A DNA stretch of 64,000 nt, taken from positions 1,240,001-1,304,000 of the forward strand of contig NW_019028981.1 of the NCBI RefSeq assembly GCF_002105155.1. Reading direction: 5' to 3'. Position numbers and translations under genes: made by a program. Origin of the DNA: Lobosporangium transversale. Taxonomy: Eukaryota. Within the stretch, counting starts at the first letter, position 1. Every line of letters starts with the position of its first letter. A model generated the notes under the pieces. That model was not told the origin of the DNA. It searched no databases and saw only the letters and a program-made list of their open reading frames with translations. Shown one piece after another: positions 14,302 through 26,805 of this stretch.

Positions 14302-16770
14302 ACTTACTCGATCACCCATCACCTTGCCGAACTGCCTTGACTTTGTGAGACCAGCTTTTGCAATATGCGCACGTTGTTTATAATAGGTTTGAAAGACCTT
14401 GGTAATATTCCTTTGATTGACCACAGGTATGTCCACCAACAGATTACATAAATGAACACCTTCAAGAATAGCCAGGTTGGCACCCAAGCCTGCACTTGGT
14501 ACAACTTTGTGGCAAGCTTTTTCCAAATGTACCAAAAATCCAAAAGGCGAAGCAAAAAAGAAAAGCAGAGCAAATAATATTTATAAAAAAAAATAAAAAA
14601 AATAAAAAAAAATTAATCAGCCTCATTTGTATGTCCAGCATGCATTTCACACAAACAAATGAAACGAAACTAGGGACGCAGGAGGAGAAAACAGCTACAA
14701 TAGCAAAAAAAAAAAAAAAAAAAAAAAAAGTTTTACCATCACCCAAGAGGACGACGCGATCCTCATACCAAGCCTTAAAGAACTTTTCTTCCAACATAAT
14801 CTTGGAAATCATGGGCGATTTATCAATGATATCCCCTAGCGTTCCATTAAAAGGGTTAGGTTGATGCCGTACATAATTAGCCATCTCCATCGTGGCTTCT
14901 GGTCCCCATTCCGAAAATCGGAACCCTTCACCCTTTTGTGCATCCCCCCGAGGGACGTTCTGGATCACAGCCCATGAAATTCTATTGCCTGGTAGAGGCA
15001 TATAAATGGCCTAGATTTTTTTTTTTTTAAAAGCAAAAAATTAATTTGAGCTTAAACTTGAGCATTCATCAACAATAACAAAAATGATCCAAATTGCTTT
15101 GCCTATTTGTTATTTATTTGTTTGTTGTTTGTCGCTGGTCCCTGGACCTCTCTTCCGCGTCATGTAAACAAAACAACAAACAAAATGGCAAGCAATTCGG
15201 AAAAAAGGCAAAAAGCGACATACTCTTTATATTGTAATATACACGCTATCAAAAAAAAAAAAAAGCTTACATAGAAAGGATCATGCTTGGGTATAACAAT
15301 CTCAAAATCTGCAAAATCTCTTTTAAGAATAGGGTATCGTTCTGGATCGACAGGCTCGGTCACTCCGACTGTACATGTGTATGTAATATGTATTAAAAAA
15401 AAAAAAAAATTGTCAGCATAATGTAAAAAAAAAAGGGCTCAAATAAAATAAAAAGGAATCATAAAGACAGGGAAGAAGCATGTAAACACTTACCAAGGCA
15501 ATGCTGATTATAACCAAGAGGTTTGTCATCTGACTTTGAGAGTTTACCCTTCTGCTTCAAACTCTTGTACATGTTTTGTCGTATGGCTGAATATGCTCCA
15601 TCAGCACCAATGATAATATCGCTTAAATATGCGCTGGAAAGGTAAGAACAAAAAGAAAAAAAAAAAAAAAAAAAAAAGTTAGTTTATCGGTAACATGTCT
15701 ATGATTTGTGCATTGAACAAGGTTAAATCCGAGAAATATATTCACATATTAATTTCAGATGCTAATTTCTTTTTTCTTTTTCCTTTTTCTTTCTGTGTGC
15801 GTAAGAATAAGGACGAAGAAAGGTTGTTGAAGCAAGAATGAGGAGAGGGAAAGAAATGGACTATCAATTCAAAAGCATAGTTCAATTGAAAAGCTGAAGG
15901 AATGAAGGAGCGGGGAGCAATTGGGACATGTAATTAAGGTGGGTGGATATGGTGGCGGCGCTGGCCAGTGGGGTTGACGGAAGATGAACGGACAATTGAC
16001 AATTGATTGAGAGCAAAAAGTGGTTCGAGGCAATGGGCCTGCCCAAGAAGTAATGATGCCCATGATGGAATACTGATAAAATAGATGTACCGTCCGTTGA
16101 GAGCCCATGTATGATGCACTGACAATGCGCCAAATGAAAGTAAAAAAAAAAAAATTTTCATTGAACATCATTTCTTTCATACTCCAATCTCCCTACCTTC
16201 CGTCTGCACACTTGACAGTGACACCTTCAGTGTCTTGGACAATAGAAAGAACTCGCTTATTATAGAGGATCTTGTCCTTGGGCAAATTTTTAAGCAAGAT
16301 GTTGTAAAACGAAGGTCGATCTAAGATGATGGCAGGGTATCCGCCACTAATGACAACACATTATTGTTCCCCCACAGTTAAAAAAAAAATTTTTATAGTC
16401 AATAAAGGTTCATTCTCGGACGCCGCTAATTATGGTGCTCGGAACAACGTCTTTTTTTTTTTTTTTTTTTTTGTAGACTGTACATTTCTTCCAGATCTGA
16501 AAAGTCAACTTTTCCGATGGGTTTCAAGTGCTCGTTGTAAAAGTTGAAATGACGTACAGGGTTCGAAGCGCGGTAGAAATCTTCGAGGAGACCGAGCTGT
16601 TCCATGACTGGTAAGGTGGTGGCATCCAAACCAAGGGATGATCCTAGGGCTTTGATCTGTGTGGCTTTTTCGAGGATAATGTAACTGATGTTGGCCTTTT
16701 CAAACATGTTGGCCAATGCAAGCCCGCCAATGCCACCGCCTACAATGGTTACTCTTATGTCGGAGGGCAT
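13986..16770 (-). CDS. FAD-dependent monooxygenase (FAD_binding_3 type), 7 exons
   Basis: Motifs IVGGGIGGL, IIGADGAYSAIR and VVLLGD-ACHK...GLGAN; C-terminus RPQLHFLPQVPDRGSV. Approximate exons 16770-16484, 16346-16197, 15633-15495, 15368-15290, 15010-14738, 14517-14308, 14159-13986. Confidence 0.88.
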
Positions 16771-17304
16771 TTTTTTATTTTTATTTTTATTTTTATTTTT
16801 TTTCGGTGATTCGTAGTTATTGAATTTTGCTTGACAGTCAGTGATTAAAGATTCAGTCGACTTGAAGCTGTATTGGTTTCGACTATATATGCAGAGGAAA
16901 AAGGGGAATGAGATTCAGAAAGAAATGAAGAATGAAGGATGAGGAATGAAGAATGAAAAAGTGTGGAAGAAGAAAAAAAAAAAGGTGTGGGAGAACGTGA
17001 GCGAGAGAAAGAGATGATTCAGGAACAAACACAAACTGGGCAGTTGTGATTGAGGGAGAGGAAATTAGAGTTGAAATAGGAAAAGAAAACAATTGAGATT
17101 GACATGAACTAAACAGCTAAGATTTTGATAGATCAACAACATAATCTGTCCCGCAGAAGGGTGTAAGTACATGTGCAGTATAATATATTTGAAAGAGGAC
17201 AAGGAGCAAAGAATTAAAAGGACAAATGATTTGAAAGAACGAATGGTGCCCCTCTTCTGAAGAAGTTACACAACAGAATAATGGTTTTCTACATTCGCGC
17301 ACAC

Positions 17305-17339
<35 letters not shown>

Positions 17340-18313
17340 GATCTGTCATGCCAATATATATAATATCTATATCGAACATGAACTAATCAGTTTGAATAAA
17401 GTGGGTACATGTTATATGTATGGGATGTGTATTGTGAGTAATTCAACTATCAATCGATGGATTGGTGGATGATCATCAGGAAAAGATATCGTTTAAAAGG
17501 ATACTTGTTTAAAATCGATATCTGTGCAGATGCTAACTTTGGGAGAATGCGACTCTTTTGAATATTAATTTAGTTGACTTTGAATGACAACTGTGCTTAC
17601 TGTCTGAGAAGAGTGTCATAGTGTAATGAACGTAATGGCTGTGCCTTTTTTTAATTTCTGTTTGCCCGCAATGGAAAAGTGCACTGTGCACATTTAGTAA
17701 TATTATTTATAAACGAGGATTGTTTTGTCATAAACGCAATATTCCTTAATAAAAATATCTTTTGACTATTAGACAACTTGTTTTCATCTTCATTTGCCTG
17801 GCTAAACTGGTTACGAGGCCCCATCAGTGTACCATACTCATAGCGGGATGTCAATTGTTGATCGGTCCTAGGAACTAATTTGACCAGACTAGCGTCAAGC
17901 GTTATCGGGGGGAATAGGGAAAACTAAACACCTTCAATTGAATCAGTCAGCCAGAAGTAGATTGCTGGCCAATCAGGAAGCTAGACCAAATCATTGACGT
18001 CACACTGGTTTTTGTTTTTTTTGTTTTGTTCTTTTTGGTTCTTGGGACCACTTCCCTTTTGGTAATAGGCAATAGGAAGAGTCCCAGCAGCTCATGTTAA
18101 ATAGACCATCTCATAAATATTTCAAGCTCCACCCCTTCGTTCTTTAGATTCAGATACACCCCTCCCGTGGACATCCTTGCTGGGTTTTTCCTTGTGCAAG
18201 TATAAAAAGGCATTCTTGATTCACTTCATTTTCACTTTCTCTTCTTCTCTTTACATTCTTCACTCCTCACATCCTCTTATCTCAAACACACACACAACAC
18301 ATTTTTATTCACC

Positions 18314-18530
18314 ATGGTTGCTTCTGTTGGAAAGATTGCCCCTGGTTTCAAGGCCACTGCTGTTGTTGATGGAGCCTTCAAGGAGGTTTCCCTCGATGAC
18401 TACAAGGGTCAATACGTTGTCCTTTTCTTCTACCCTCTTGATTTCACGTAAGTTGTTGTTCCTTTTCTTTCCCTTTCGACTACTTTCTTTCACGTGCTGA
18501 TTGATCAACACTCACACAAAACACACAGAC

Positions 18531-18561
<31 letters not shown>

Positions 18562-19382
18562 CTGCGCAATGTCTATGCCATGCGATCATTTTTCCAAGAG
18601 AAAAGAGCCTCCTTTATTAACTATTATTCAACACATAATATTTGATACAATAGTTTCGTCTGCCCCACTGAGATCGTTGCTTTCTCTGAGGCTGTTGAGC
18701 GCTTCAACGCTCTCAAGACTGCTGTCTTGGCCTGCTCCTGCGACTCTGAGTTCTCTCACTTGGCCTGGGTCAACACCCCCCGCAAGCAGGGTGGTCTTGG
18801 TGAGATGAAGATCCCTATCATCTCTGACTTTACCAAGAAGATCGCCACTGACTACGGTGTCCTCAAGGAGGATGAGGGTAAGTTTATGTCTAGATGAAAG
18901 GATTTCCCTGAACTGCGCAGTTAGACAATAAAAGGGTGCAGGGAGTGAACGTTGTATACTAAAGATATCTTATCTAACTTGATCTTTTTTTTTTAGGTGT
19001 CGCCTACCGTGGTCTCTTCATCATCGACCCCAAGCAGGTTGTTCGCCAGATCACCATCAACGATCTCCCTGTTGGCCGTAACGTCGATGAGACCATCCGT
19101 CTTGTTGAGGCCTTCCAGTTCACTGATGAGGTTAGTTTTGTTTACATGCATGAAAAAGAGGCTTGGGCGTAGTCAAAGTTGGAACACCACCAGCCCATAA
19201 AAAAAAAATTACAAGCCTTATCTCTGATGTTTTTGAGGCTCATTCATCTAATGCCGTTTTTTGCTTTTTTTTTGTGACAAATTTAGCACGGTGAGGTCTG
19301 CCCCATCGGCTGGCAAAAGGGTCAGTCCACCATCAAGCCTGATGTCAGTGGATCCAAGGAGTTCTTTGCTTCCTCTGCTTAA
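18314..19382 (+). CDS. TSA1: Typical 2-Cys peroxiredoxin (Prx1/AhpC family), 4 exons
   Basis: [14 protein letters not shown] (peroxidatic Cys), GGLG and HGEVCP (resolving Cys). Exons about 18314-18447, 18653-18877, 18997-19130, 19287-19382. TATAAAA at 18201. Confidence 0.95.
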
Positions 19383-20016
19383 ACAAGAAGCAAAAGATAC
19401 AAAAAAAACAACAAAGCATTTCACACATAAAACAACCTTTCATGCACATATATCAAACAGTCATCTCCTTATTGTCACATAGCATCCTTTTCTACATCTT
19501 GTTTTACTACAAAGTAATACAGGAATAAGAATAAAATAGATAAAGAAAAAAAAAAAAAAAACAAGCATCATGTGTACTACAATAATGAGGGTCCCTATTT
19601 GAAGAGTAGTTGTGTTGTGTATTTTGATAGTCGTCATTTACTTTGAGATTGAAGGGCCAAATATGGTTGATCCGTCTTCCGTTAGTCCACGTTAGCCCAT
19701 GGTCGTACAAATTTTCCTTTTTTTTTTTTTTTACTCTCTTTTTCTCACGAGGATTTATTTAGTGTTCAGTCTTCCAGAAAAAGCGTTGATCGACATGCCG
19801 CCGTGAAAATCACCAGAACTTTCTAAGCCCAATGGTGACAAGCGGCTATTTGAGTGGCGCCAAAAGTGAACAAACTATGTACATACACGTGTGTTAAATA
19901 GAACAGGACATGTGGGTTCATAAAAAAGGCAATGGAAAGTGATGCTTGCACAATATTCATAGTCACAGGTAAACATGAACATGGTTGGTCTTGTCAACTG
20001 ACTTCTACTTGCCTTG

Positions 20017-20047
<31 letters not shown>

Positions 20048-20769
20048 CGATAAAACTAAGAAAGTCGCTTCAAAGATATTACCGTATGGGCTCTTGAATA
20101 CTTGATTGAAAAAATACCCCACTTTTTGGTTAGGCACCTGGAGAGATGTCGGTTGAGCTGAAGAGCGAATTCCTTAGGCAGTTCAGATTGTGTACAAATA
20201 CATGCACATGCACCCCTTCTTTCTTTTTATGCCTTAGTTTTCCTCTTTAGTCTAAACACTTACATAGTTGTAACAGATTAAAAATGATCGTCTGTCATGT
20301 CATGTCATATTGCTAGTATCAGTCTTTTGCTCTCTTTCATGACATTTCTCCATCTGTCGCCCCATCTTTCCTATGCTTTCTTTTTTCACATTGAAGTTTC
20401 ATTGAGTTCCTGCACCCTTCCTCCTCTCCCACTTCTGTCTTAAGCAATGTAAAGATGTGTATACACATCCGGTATCGCACTTACTCCTGCTTCCCGCTCA
20501 CCCCGGAGCCTCAATTTTAACTTTATTATTACCATTGTGCACGGTCATTCCTTTCACGTTATAAAAATATATATATATAAATCCTCTTCTTTCTTTTATT
20601 TTGTTATTTAAAAATAAAAAAAAATAGAGCACATGTGCAATGAGGATCAAAAGGATAAAGATAGAATCTCTGCGACGAACCATAGAAGTCCTAATGTTTA
20701 AAAAACTCGGTAAAGAATGAAGGTTGTACAGATACCAGTAGATCTGAGTCTTACCGTTTCTCTCTCTCT

Positions 20770-20818
<49 letters not shown>

Positions 20819-20826
20819 CCAGAAGA

Positions 20827-20912
20827 GTATAAAAGGATTCCATGGGTTCCCAGAATTTAGTTCTTCACTCAATATCAAGTCCTCCCCTCTCACTACGTGA
20901 AAGCAAACTCGC
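20827..20912 (+). promoter_or_regulatory. TATA/leader block homologous to 24549-24638
   Basis: GTATAAAAGG...AGAATTT(A/G)GTTCTTCACTCAA...CTCACTAC...AAGCAAAC occurs upstream of both secreted repeat genes. Confidence 0.7.
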
Positions 20913-21054
20913 TTACTTTGTATTAATTATACTACCTAAAACACCTATACCCTACATACAATAATCCCATCCTCCCTTCTTTCCTTCTTCCTCTCTGTCT
21001 CTCTATTTTCTTTCTCCCTACTTCTTTTATATATACATACCTATAAATCTAATC

Positions 21055-22785
21055 ATGTCTCAATCAAAGAAGAATACCTCCAAGATCATCCTCGCTGCCT
21101 CATGTGCGGTTCTCTTGGTTTCCTCCATTATGATGTCCACCCAAGCTGCTCCTGTTCCTATCTTAGATCTCTCAATTGCTACCCCTGACCCTACCATCTC
21201 CAACTCGGAATTCGCTTTATGGCGCCGTCGTGTTGGTCCTGTGCTAGGAGACATTAATGCTAACAAAAACCCTGTCGGTTATGTCGCTAGTCGATCATTG
21301 AAGTATCGCGCTGTCAATGAGCCTGCCAGAAAGGGTACTCGGCACTTAAAACGTCAAAGTACTGATGCTGGTGTCGATGCAAACATCGATGCAAATACCG
21401 GTGTAGACGCCAGTATTGATGCCAATGTTGATGCAGACGTTGGTGCCGATCTTAGCGCGAATGTGGATACTAATACTGATGTGGGTGCCGATGTGGATGT
21501 GGATGCCGATGTTGATTTTGATGCCTATGTTGATGCCGGTGTTGATGCCGGTGTGGATGCTGACATCGATGCTGATATTGGTGCCGACGCCAATGTCAAT
21601 GTTAATGCTGGTGTCGATAGCAACGTTGCTCCAGAGGTCAATGCCGATGTGGATGCCGATGTGGATGCCGATGCGGGCACTGGTATTGATACCGACGCCA
21701 ATGTCAATGTTGATGCTGGTGTCGATAGCAACGTTGTTCCAGATGTCAATGTCAGTGTGGATACCGATGTGGATGCCGATGTGGATGTGGATGTGGATGT
21801 GGGTGCTGGTATTGATGCTGGTGTGGATGCTGACATTGACACTGATATTGATACCAACGCCACCGTCAATGTTAATGCTGGTGTCGATAGCAACGTTGTT
21901 CCAGATGTCAATGCCGGTGTGAATGCCGGTGTGAATGCCGGAGTCGATGCTGGTATTGATGCCGATGTGGATGCTGACATCGATGCTGATATTGGTACCG
22001 ACGCTAATGTCAATGTTAATGCTGGTGTCGATAGCAACGTTGCTCCAGAGGTCAATGCCGATGTGGATGCCGATGTGGATGCCGATGCGGGCACTGGTAT
22101 TGATACCGACGCCAATGTCAATGTTGATGCTGGTGTCGATAGCAACGTTGTTCCAGATGTCAATGCCAGTATGGACACCGATGTGGATACCGACGTAGAT
22201 GCCGACGTGGATGCTGGCATTGACGCTGATATTGATACCGACGCCACCGTCAATGTTAATGCTGGCGTCGATAGCAACGTTGTTCCAGATGTCAATGCCG
22301 GTGTGAATGCCGGAGTCGATGCTGGTATTGATGCCGATGTGGATGCTGACATCGACGCTGATATTGATACCGATGCCAATGTCAATGTTAATGCTGGTGT
22401 CGATAGCAACGTTGTTCCAGATGTCAATGCCGGTGTGGATACCGATGTGGATGCCGATGTGGATGCCAATGTGGATGCCGATGTGGATGCTAACACCGGT
22501 GCTGGTATTAATACTGACGCCAATGTCAATGTTGATACTGGTATCGATAGCAACGTTGTTCCAGATTTCAATGCCAATGTTGATACCAATGTGGATGCCG
22601 ACGCCAATGTCAATGCAGAGACCGAAGTAGATGTCGATTCCGATGCTGGTGTTGATGCTGATGGTGTCCCCCATGTAAAAGTCAATGCTGGTGTTGGTTC
22701 CTATGTTAATGTCAATGCCGGTGTCGAAGCTGGTGTTGATGCCGGAGTCGAAGCTGGTGTTGATGCCGAACTTAGCCGTCAATAA
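21055..22785 (+). CDS. Secreted prepro-protein with a very acidic D/N-alternating repeat domain
   Basis: 576 aa, intronless. Signal peptide (...SSIMMSTQA/AP), basic pro-region with RRR and LKR/Q, then ~476 aa of DADVD/DAGVD/NVNVN repeats. Confidence 0.85.
   Translation: MSQSKKNTSKIILAASCAVLLVSSIMMSTQAAPVPILDLSIATPDPTISNSEFALWRRRVGPVLGDINANKNPVGYVASRSLKYRAVNEPARKGTRHLKRQSTDAGVDANIDANTGVDASIDANVDADVGADLSANVDTNTDVGADVDVDADVDFDAYVDAGVDAGVDADIDADIGADANVNVNAGVDSNVAPEVNADVDADVDADAGTGIDTDANVNVDAGVDSNVVPDVNVSVDTDVDADVDVDVDVGAGIDAGVDADIDTDIDTNATVNVNAGVDSNVVPDVNAGVNAGVNAGVDAGIDADVDADIDADIGTDANVNVNAGVDSNVAPEVNADVDADVDADAGTGIDTDANVNVDAGVDSNVVPDVNASMDTDVDTDVDADVDAGIDADIDTDATVNVNAGVDSNVVPDVNAGVNAGVDAGIDADVDADIDADIDTDANVNVNAGVDSNVVPDVNAGVDTDVDADVDANVDADVDANTGAGINTDANVNVDTGIDSNVVPDFNANVDTNVDADANVNAETEVDVDSDAGVDADGVPHVKVNAGVGSYVNVNAGVEAGVDAGVEAGVDAELSRQ
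21355..22770 (+). repeat. Coding repeat array (8 copies of a NVNV.AGVDSNV(V/A)P(D/E)VN core plus GATGCCGATGTG microrepeats)
   Basis: The core GCTGGTGTCGATAGCAACGTTG(T/C)TCCAGA recurs 8 times with minor variation; a block near 21553 is repeated 414 nt later. Confidence 0.9.
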
Positions 22786-23370
22786 TTAGGTCAACGTTCC
22801 TTGCGCTCCCCCCTATTTTTACTATTATTTTTACATGTCATTATTTCATCCAAAAGGCATTTCTTAATGCCACAAATTTATTAAAAAGCAACTGTATTAT
22901 ATGTCAAATATACGACCTATTGAAGGATCATTGATCATGGGAGTTATTTTGAAGAAAAATGATTTACTCCATTGCAGTCCATTGCGTTTAATACCCCGAA
23001 GTGCAAGTCTGTGCACAAATAATAAATAAATACATGTATAATATCTATATATATATATATATATATCAGTTCACAATTAAAGACTCTGACTCTAAACCCT
23101 TGTCTTTTTTTTTTTTTTTTTTTGCATTGGTGTCGTGTTAATCAACATAAATCGCGTTGTCTTCCAAAGTGTACATGTGTATGTAAATATATATTGTAGA
23201 TCCCTACATTATATATATTTATATACAATAAGCTGCATGTGTTTACTCTTTGTTTTTTGTTCTGTTTCTTCTTTGGCCGTTTTTTTGCTTTTTGCCTAGT
23301 GCAATCAGTCTGTTTTAAAAAGCAACAAAGAGCGATGTATATATATATTTATATACATGCCTTTTTTTTC

Positions 23371-23404
<34 letters not shown>

Positions 23405-24548
23405 AAGAGCAAAGCATCAATTCTTTCAATTTGTAAATATAGTACATGTACATGTACAGTTTTACACTGTCATAGATCCCTGTAAGATCGCTAGCCTAGA
23501 GAGCAAAATAAAAAGAAATCAGAGCGCTTCCTTCACATTACACTGTTTGTAGGCATTTCGGTACACAAATATTCGAGATAACCGTGTAACCATTGTTACC
23601 TAAGTACGTGTATATTATATATAAATATAATAAAAAAATGTACTGAAGTGGTGTGTTGTGTTTAAGATGGATCAGCTTAAAAAAAAAAATAAATAAACAA
23701 ATAAAATTCTCCTAGTGTAACATCCTAATGTAACAATCCTTAGTGTAACGGTTGTAACGGTCAATTTCGAGCAACTTTTTTTTTTGTTCCTTTCACGTAG
23801 CTATCCCTTCAAATGTCATCTTTTTGGTAGGATGTTGTTTTTTTATCTTCTTTTTCCCATGGTAATCTTGCATTACTAGAGCTTATGTCATCTCTTCCTT
23901 TTTACCTGCATGCTTTATTCTCCCTTCTTTTTCTTTTTTTAATAAAACCTGTCGTGAGAATGTACTTTGTAATTCACTTCACAGCTCCTTTTCCCTTTGT
24001 CTTTCCCCCCCTTTTTTTTATGCGATGCGATACGAGAGGAGGAAAAAAATAAAACAAAAAAAAAAAGAGGAGTGAGAGCGAGAGATACAGAGCATGTTAT
24101 CGTACGGGAGGCAATTCTTTTTTTATATTTTAAGTCAGGTCTAAGAATCTCATCTTATTCTGTATACATGCACCCCAAAGATACTTAATTGAGGATAATA
24201 AAAAATTTGGTGCACAGTAGACTTTAACACGTTTAAACTTTTTTTCTTTCTTTTTCTTTCTTTTTTTTTGGAGGAGAGGACTGGGATATAGAAGGGCGAA
24301 AGGGACCTTACAAGCGTTCCAAAAATAATTGAGCACAATGTCTATAGGATATGGAATAAAGATAGAGAGTCTACTATACATCACCATAGGAAAATAAGAC
24401 GCTAAAAAGTCCTGCAGGGGGCTTAGGTTACACATATTATTGACGTGAGCCCTTTATTGTCTTTACAAGGTGCCTTTGTGAGCTTCAACCGTTTCTATCG
24501 GCTAGAATGCCGTCTTAATGGAGTGGAGGGTTTAAAAGAAAAAAAATG

Positions 24549-24638
24549 GTATAAAAGGGTCCTACATGAACCCTAGAATTTGGTTCTTCACTCAACTACT
24601 CCAAAGTCCCCTCACACTACAAAACAAGCAAACGCGCT
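24549..24638 (+). promoter_or_regulatory. TATA/leader block homologous to 20827-20912
   Basis: Same ordered motifs as upstream of the 21055 gene. Confidence 0.7.
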
Positions 24639-24713
24639 AAATACCACCCTACTATCCCACATACACATACACTCACATACTCTCCCTCTTCCCTTTATCA
24701 AATTAATCCAAAC

Positions 24714-25652
24714 ATGACTCAGTCCAAGAACACCTCCAAGATCATCCTCGCTGCCTCGTGCGCAGTCCTCTTGGTTTCCTCCATTATGATGTCCGCTCAG
24801 GGTGCTCCTCTCCCTGTCACAGTCCCATCTGCCATCAACCCATCCGTTGTCCCTCCTGCGTCCCTCCCATCCGTCCCATCCGTCCCATCCGTCCCATCCG
24901 TCCCATCCGTCCCATCCGCCCCATCCGTCCCATCCGCTGTGGATGATGTCTCTCTAACTGACCTACCCTTGATGCGCCGTGCTGTCCAGGTCAATAGCAA
25001 AACCGTTGATGGAGTGAAGGAGACAGTCGATAACACTGCTGGCGGTGCTGTTGAGAAGGTTAAGAACACCGCTGATGGCGCTGTTGAGAAAGTCAAGGAC
25101 ACTGCCAATGGTGCTGTCGAGACAGTAAAGAACACCGCTGATGGCGCTGTTGAGAAAGTCAAGGAAACTGTTGACAATGTTGCAGGTGTGAAAGTTGGCG
25201 CTTTGAAGCGCCGCGCTGTCCAGGTCAATAGCGAAACCGTCGACGGAGTGAAGGAGACGGTCAAGAACACTGCTGGTAGTGCTGTTGAGAAAGTCAAGAA
25301 CACCGCTGATGGCGCTGTTGAGAAAGTCAAGAACACTGCTAATGGTGCTGTCGAGACAGTAAAGAACACCGCTGATGGCGCTGTTGAGAAAGTCAAGGAG
25401 ACTGTTGGCAATGTTGCAGATGTAGACGTTGAAGTTTTGAAGCGTGACATCTCTGTCGATGAGACTGTCACGACGATCAAGGATGCTGCTAATGAGGCTG
25501 GCTCCAAGGTCAAGGACGCGGTTGACCCCACTGTCACTGCTTATGAGAACCCCACTGCTGAGGGTGTGAACACTCCAACTTTGAGACCTCGCCGTCAATA
25601 CTTTGTTGCAGGACATGGTCACCGTCATCAGCGCCATCACCGCATCCTTTAA
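24714..25652 (+). CDS. Secreted Kex2-type repeat precursor with 11-mer amphipathic (LEA3-like) repeats and a His-rich tail
   Basis: 312 aa. Signal peptide near-identical to 21055; (PSV)n linker; RR; two ~78-aa units (234-nt period) ending KRR and KR, each with six 11-mers such as AVEKVKNTADG; final RR/QYFVAGHGHRHQRHHRIL. Confidence 0.87.
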   Translation: MTQSKNTSKIILAASCAVLLVSSIMMSAQGAPLPVTVPSAINPSVVPPASLPSVPSVPSVPSVPSVPSAPSVPSAVDDVSLTDLPLMRRAVQVNSKTVDGVKETVDNTAGGAVEKVKNTADGAVEKVKDTANGAVETVKNTADGAVEKVKETVDNVAGVKVGALKRRAVQVNSETVDGVKETVKNTAGSAVEKVKNTADGAVEKVKNTANGAVETVKNTADGAVEKVKETVGNVADVDVEVLKRDISVDETVTTIKDAANEAGSKVKDAVDPTVTAYENPTAEGVNTPTLRPRRQYFVAGHGHRHQRHHRIL

Positions 25653-26805
25653 ATGAAAGGATCTTAAAAAAAAAGATCCCTGCGACGATCAATATCCGCA
25701 ATCATTAAAAAAAAAAAAAAAAAAAAAAAAGAATAAGGCAGCCGGTTCCGCCTCAGTCTTTTTTCATTTATTTATTTATTTTTCTTAAAAATATAATATT
25801 ACTCATAATCCAAATAAAAAAAATGTAACAAAGAAAAAAAAAACACATTGATGTTGGCTCCAAAGTAAGCTTTTTCATAAACTGTTTGTGCGCTTAGTGT
25901 AACCAAGGATATAAAGGGATCAAAAAAGCACAGCGTTCCTATTTGAGTTGTTAGCAACTAAATCTAAGCATGAAACAAAATCAGACAACCATGCAACCTT
26001 AAAATTATCAGGTACAAAACTACGATCATTTATTAATACATGAATGTCCATCAAACATTTTGCTGCAGAGAGTAAAAAAAAAAGGGGATCGGTAAACACT
26101 TTGTTTTCTTTTATCTTCTTTGGGATGTTGTAGCATGGCCTAAGTATCAACTACGGAACAATTAGTCCATTAGTCCATCAGTCCACTAGTCCATTTATCC
26201 AATCTTTTTTTTTTTCCTCATCAATAAAGGAAAACTAAAGTTTGAAGATTGTGTAGATTACTCCTATTTTTTTAATTCTTTATTACAGTTGAGGCTCGTG
26301 GGCTTAATAAAGATAATCAATGTTGACAATATGATAAATGTGCCTCCTGACTTTTTTTTTTCTTTTTTTTCTGCTCGGATATTTTTCGTCCTGCTAGTGA
26401 AATAACGTAAAGGGATGAGGGATGAATGAAGATGTAAAAAAAAAAAAGATGAGAGTCTCCTCTCCTGGTACAGTAGTAAGGATGGAAATAAATACAAAAA
26501 AAAAAAAATGAGTGTCTTTTGATTCTCTTGATCTTCGAAAGGAGGGGAAAGAGGGAGCAAAAAAAGACACCCGTTGTTGCACAATAATTAAGCCCCTTCA
26601 TCACTCATTTTTTATTTTTTTTTTGATCCTGCATCCAGGTCCCCATTCATCAGAGCGATATTTAATTGACGCCTTCATTTCCCCTCTTCTTTCTTACTTT
26701 CTTTCCTTTTTTTTTTTTTTTTTTTCTTTCGTCATAAAAACACTATACCACAACTCTGGAACCTTTAATCCTTGTTTTCTCATTGCAAGCAACGTTAAGA
26801 TAACA

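Noticed and set aside
19360..19382. Peroxiredoxin C-terminal FF instead of the YF motif
   Set aside because: A conservative change that supports no functional claim on its own.
21346..22782. Long antisense and alternate-frame ORFs (478, 386 and 168 aa)
   Set aside because: Shadows of the repetitive codon pattern of the 21055 gene, with no independent signals.
24797..25640. Antisense ORFs of 246 and 225 aa
   Set aside because: Shadows of the repeat-rich 24714 gene.
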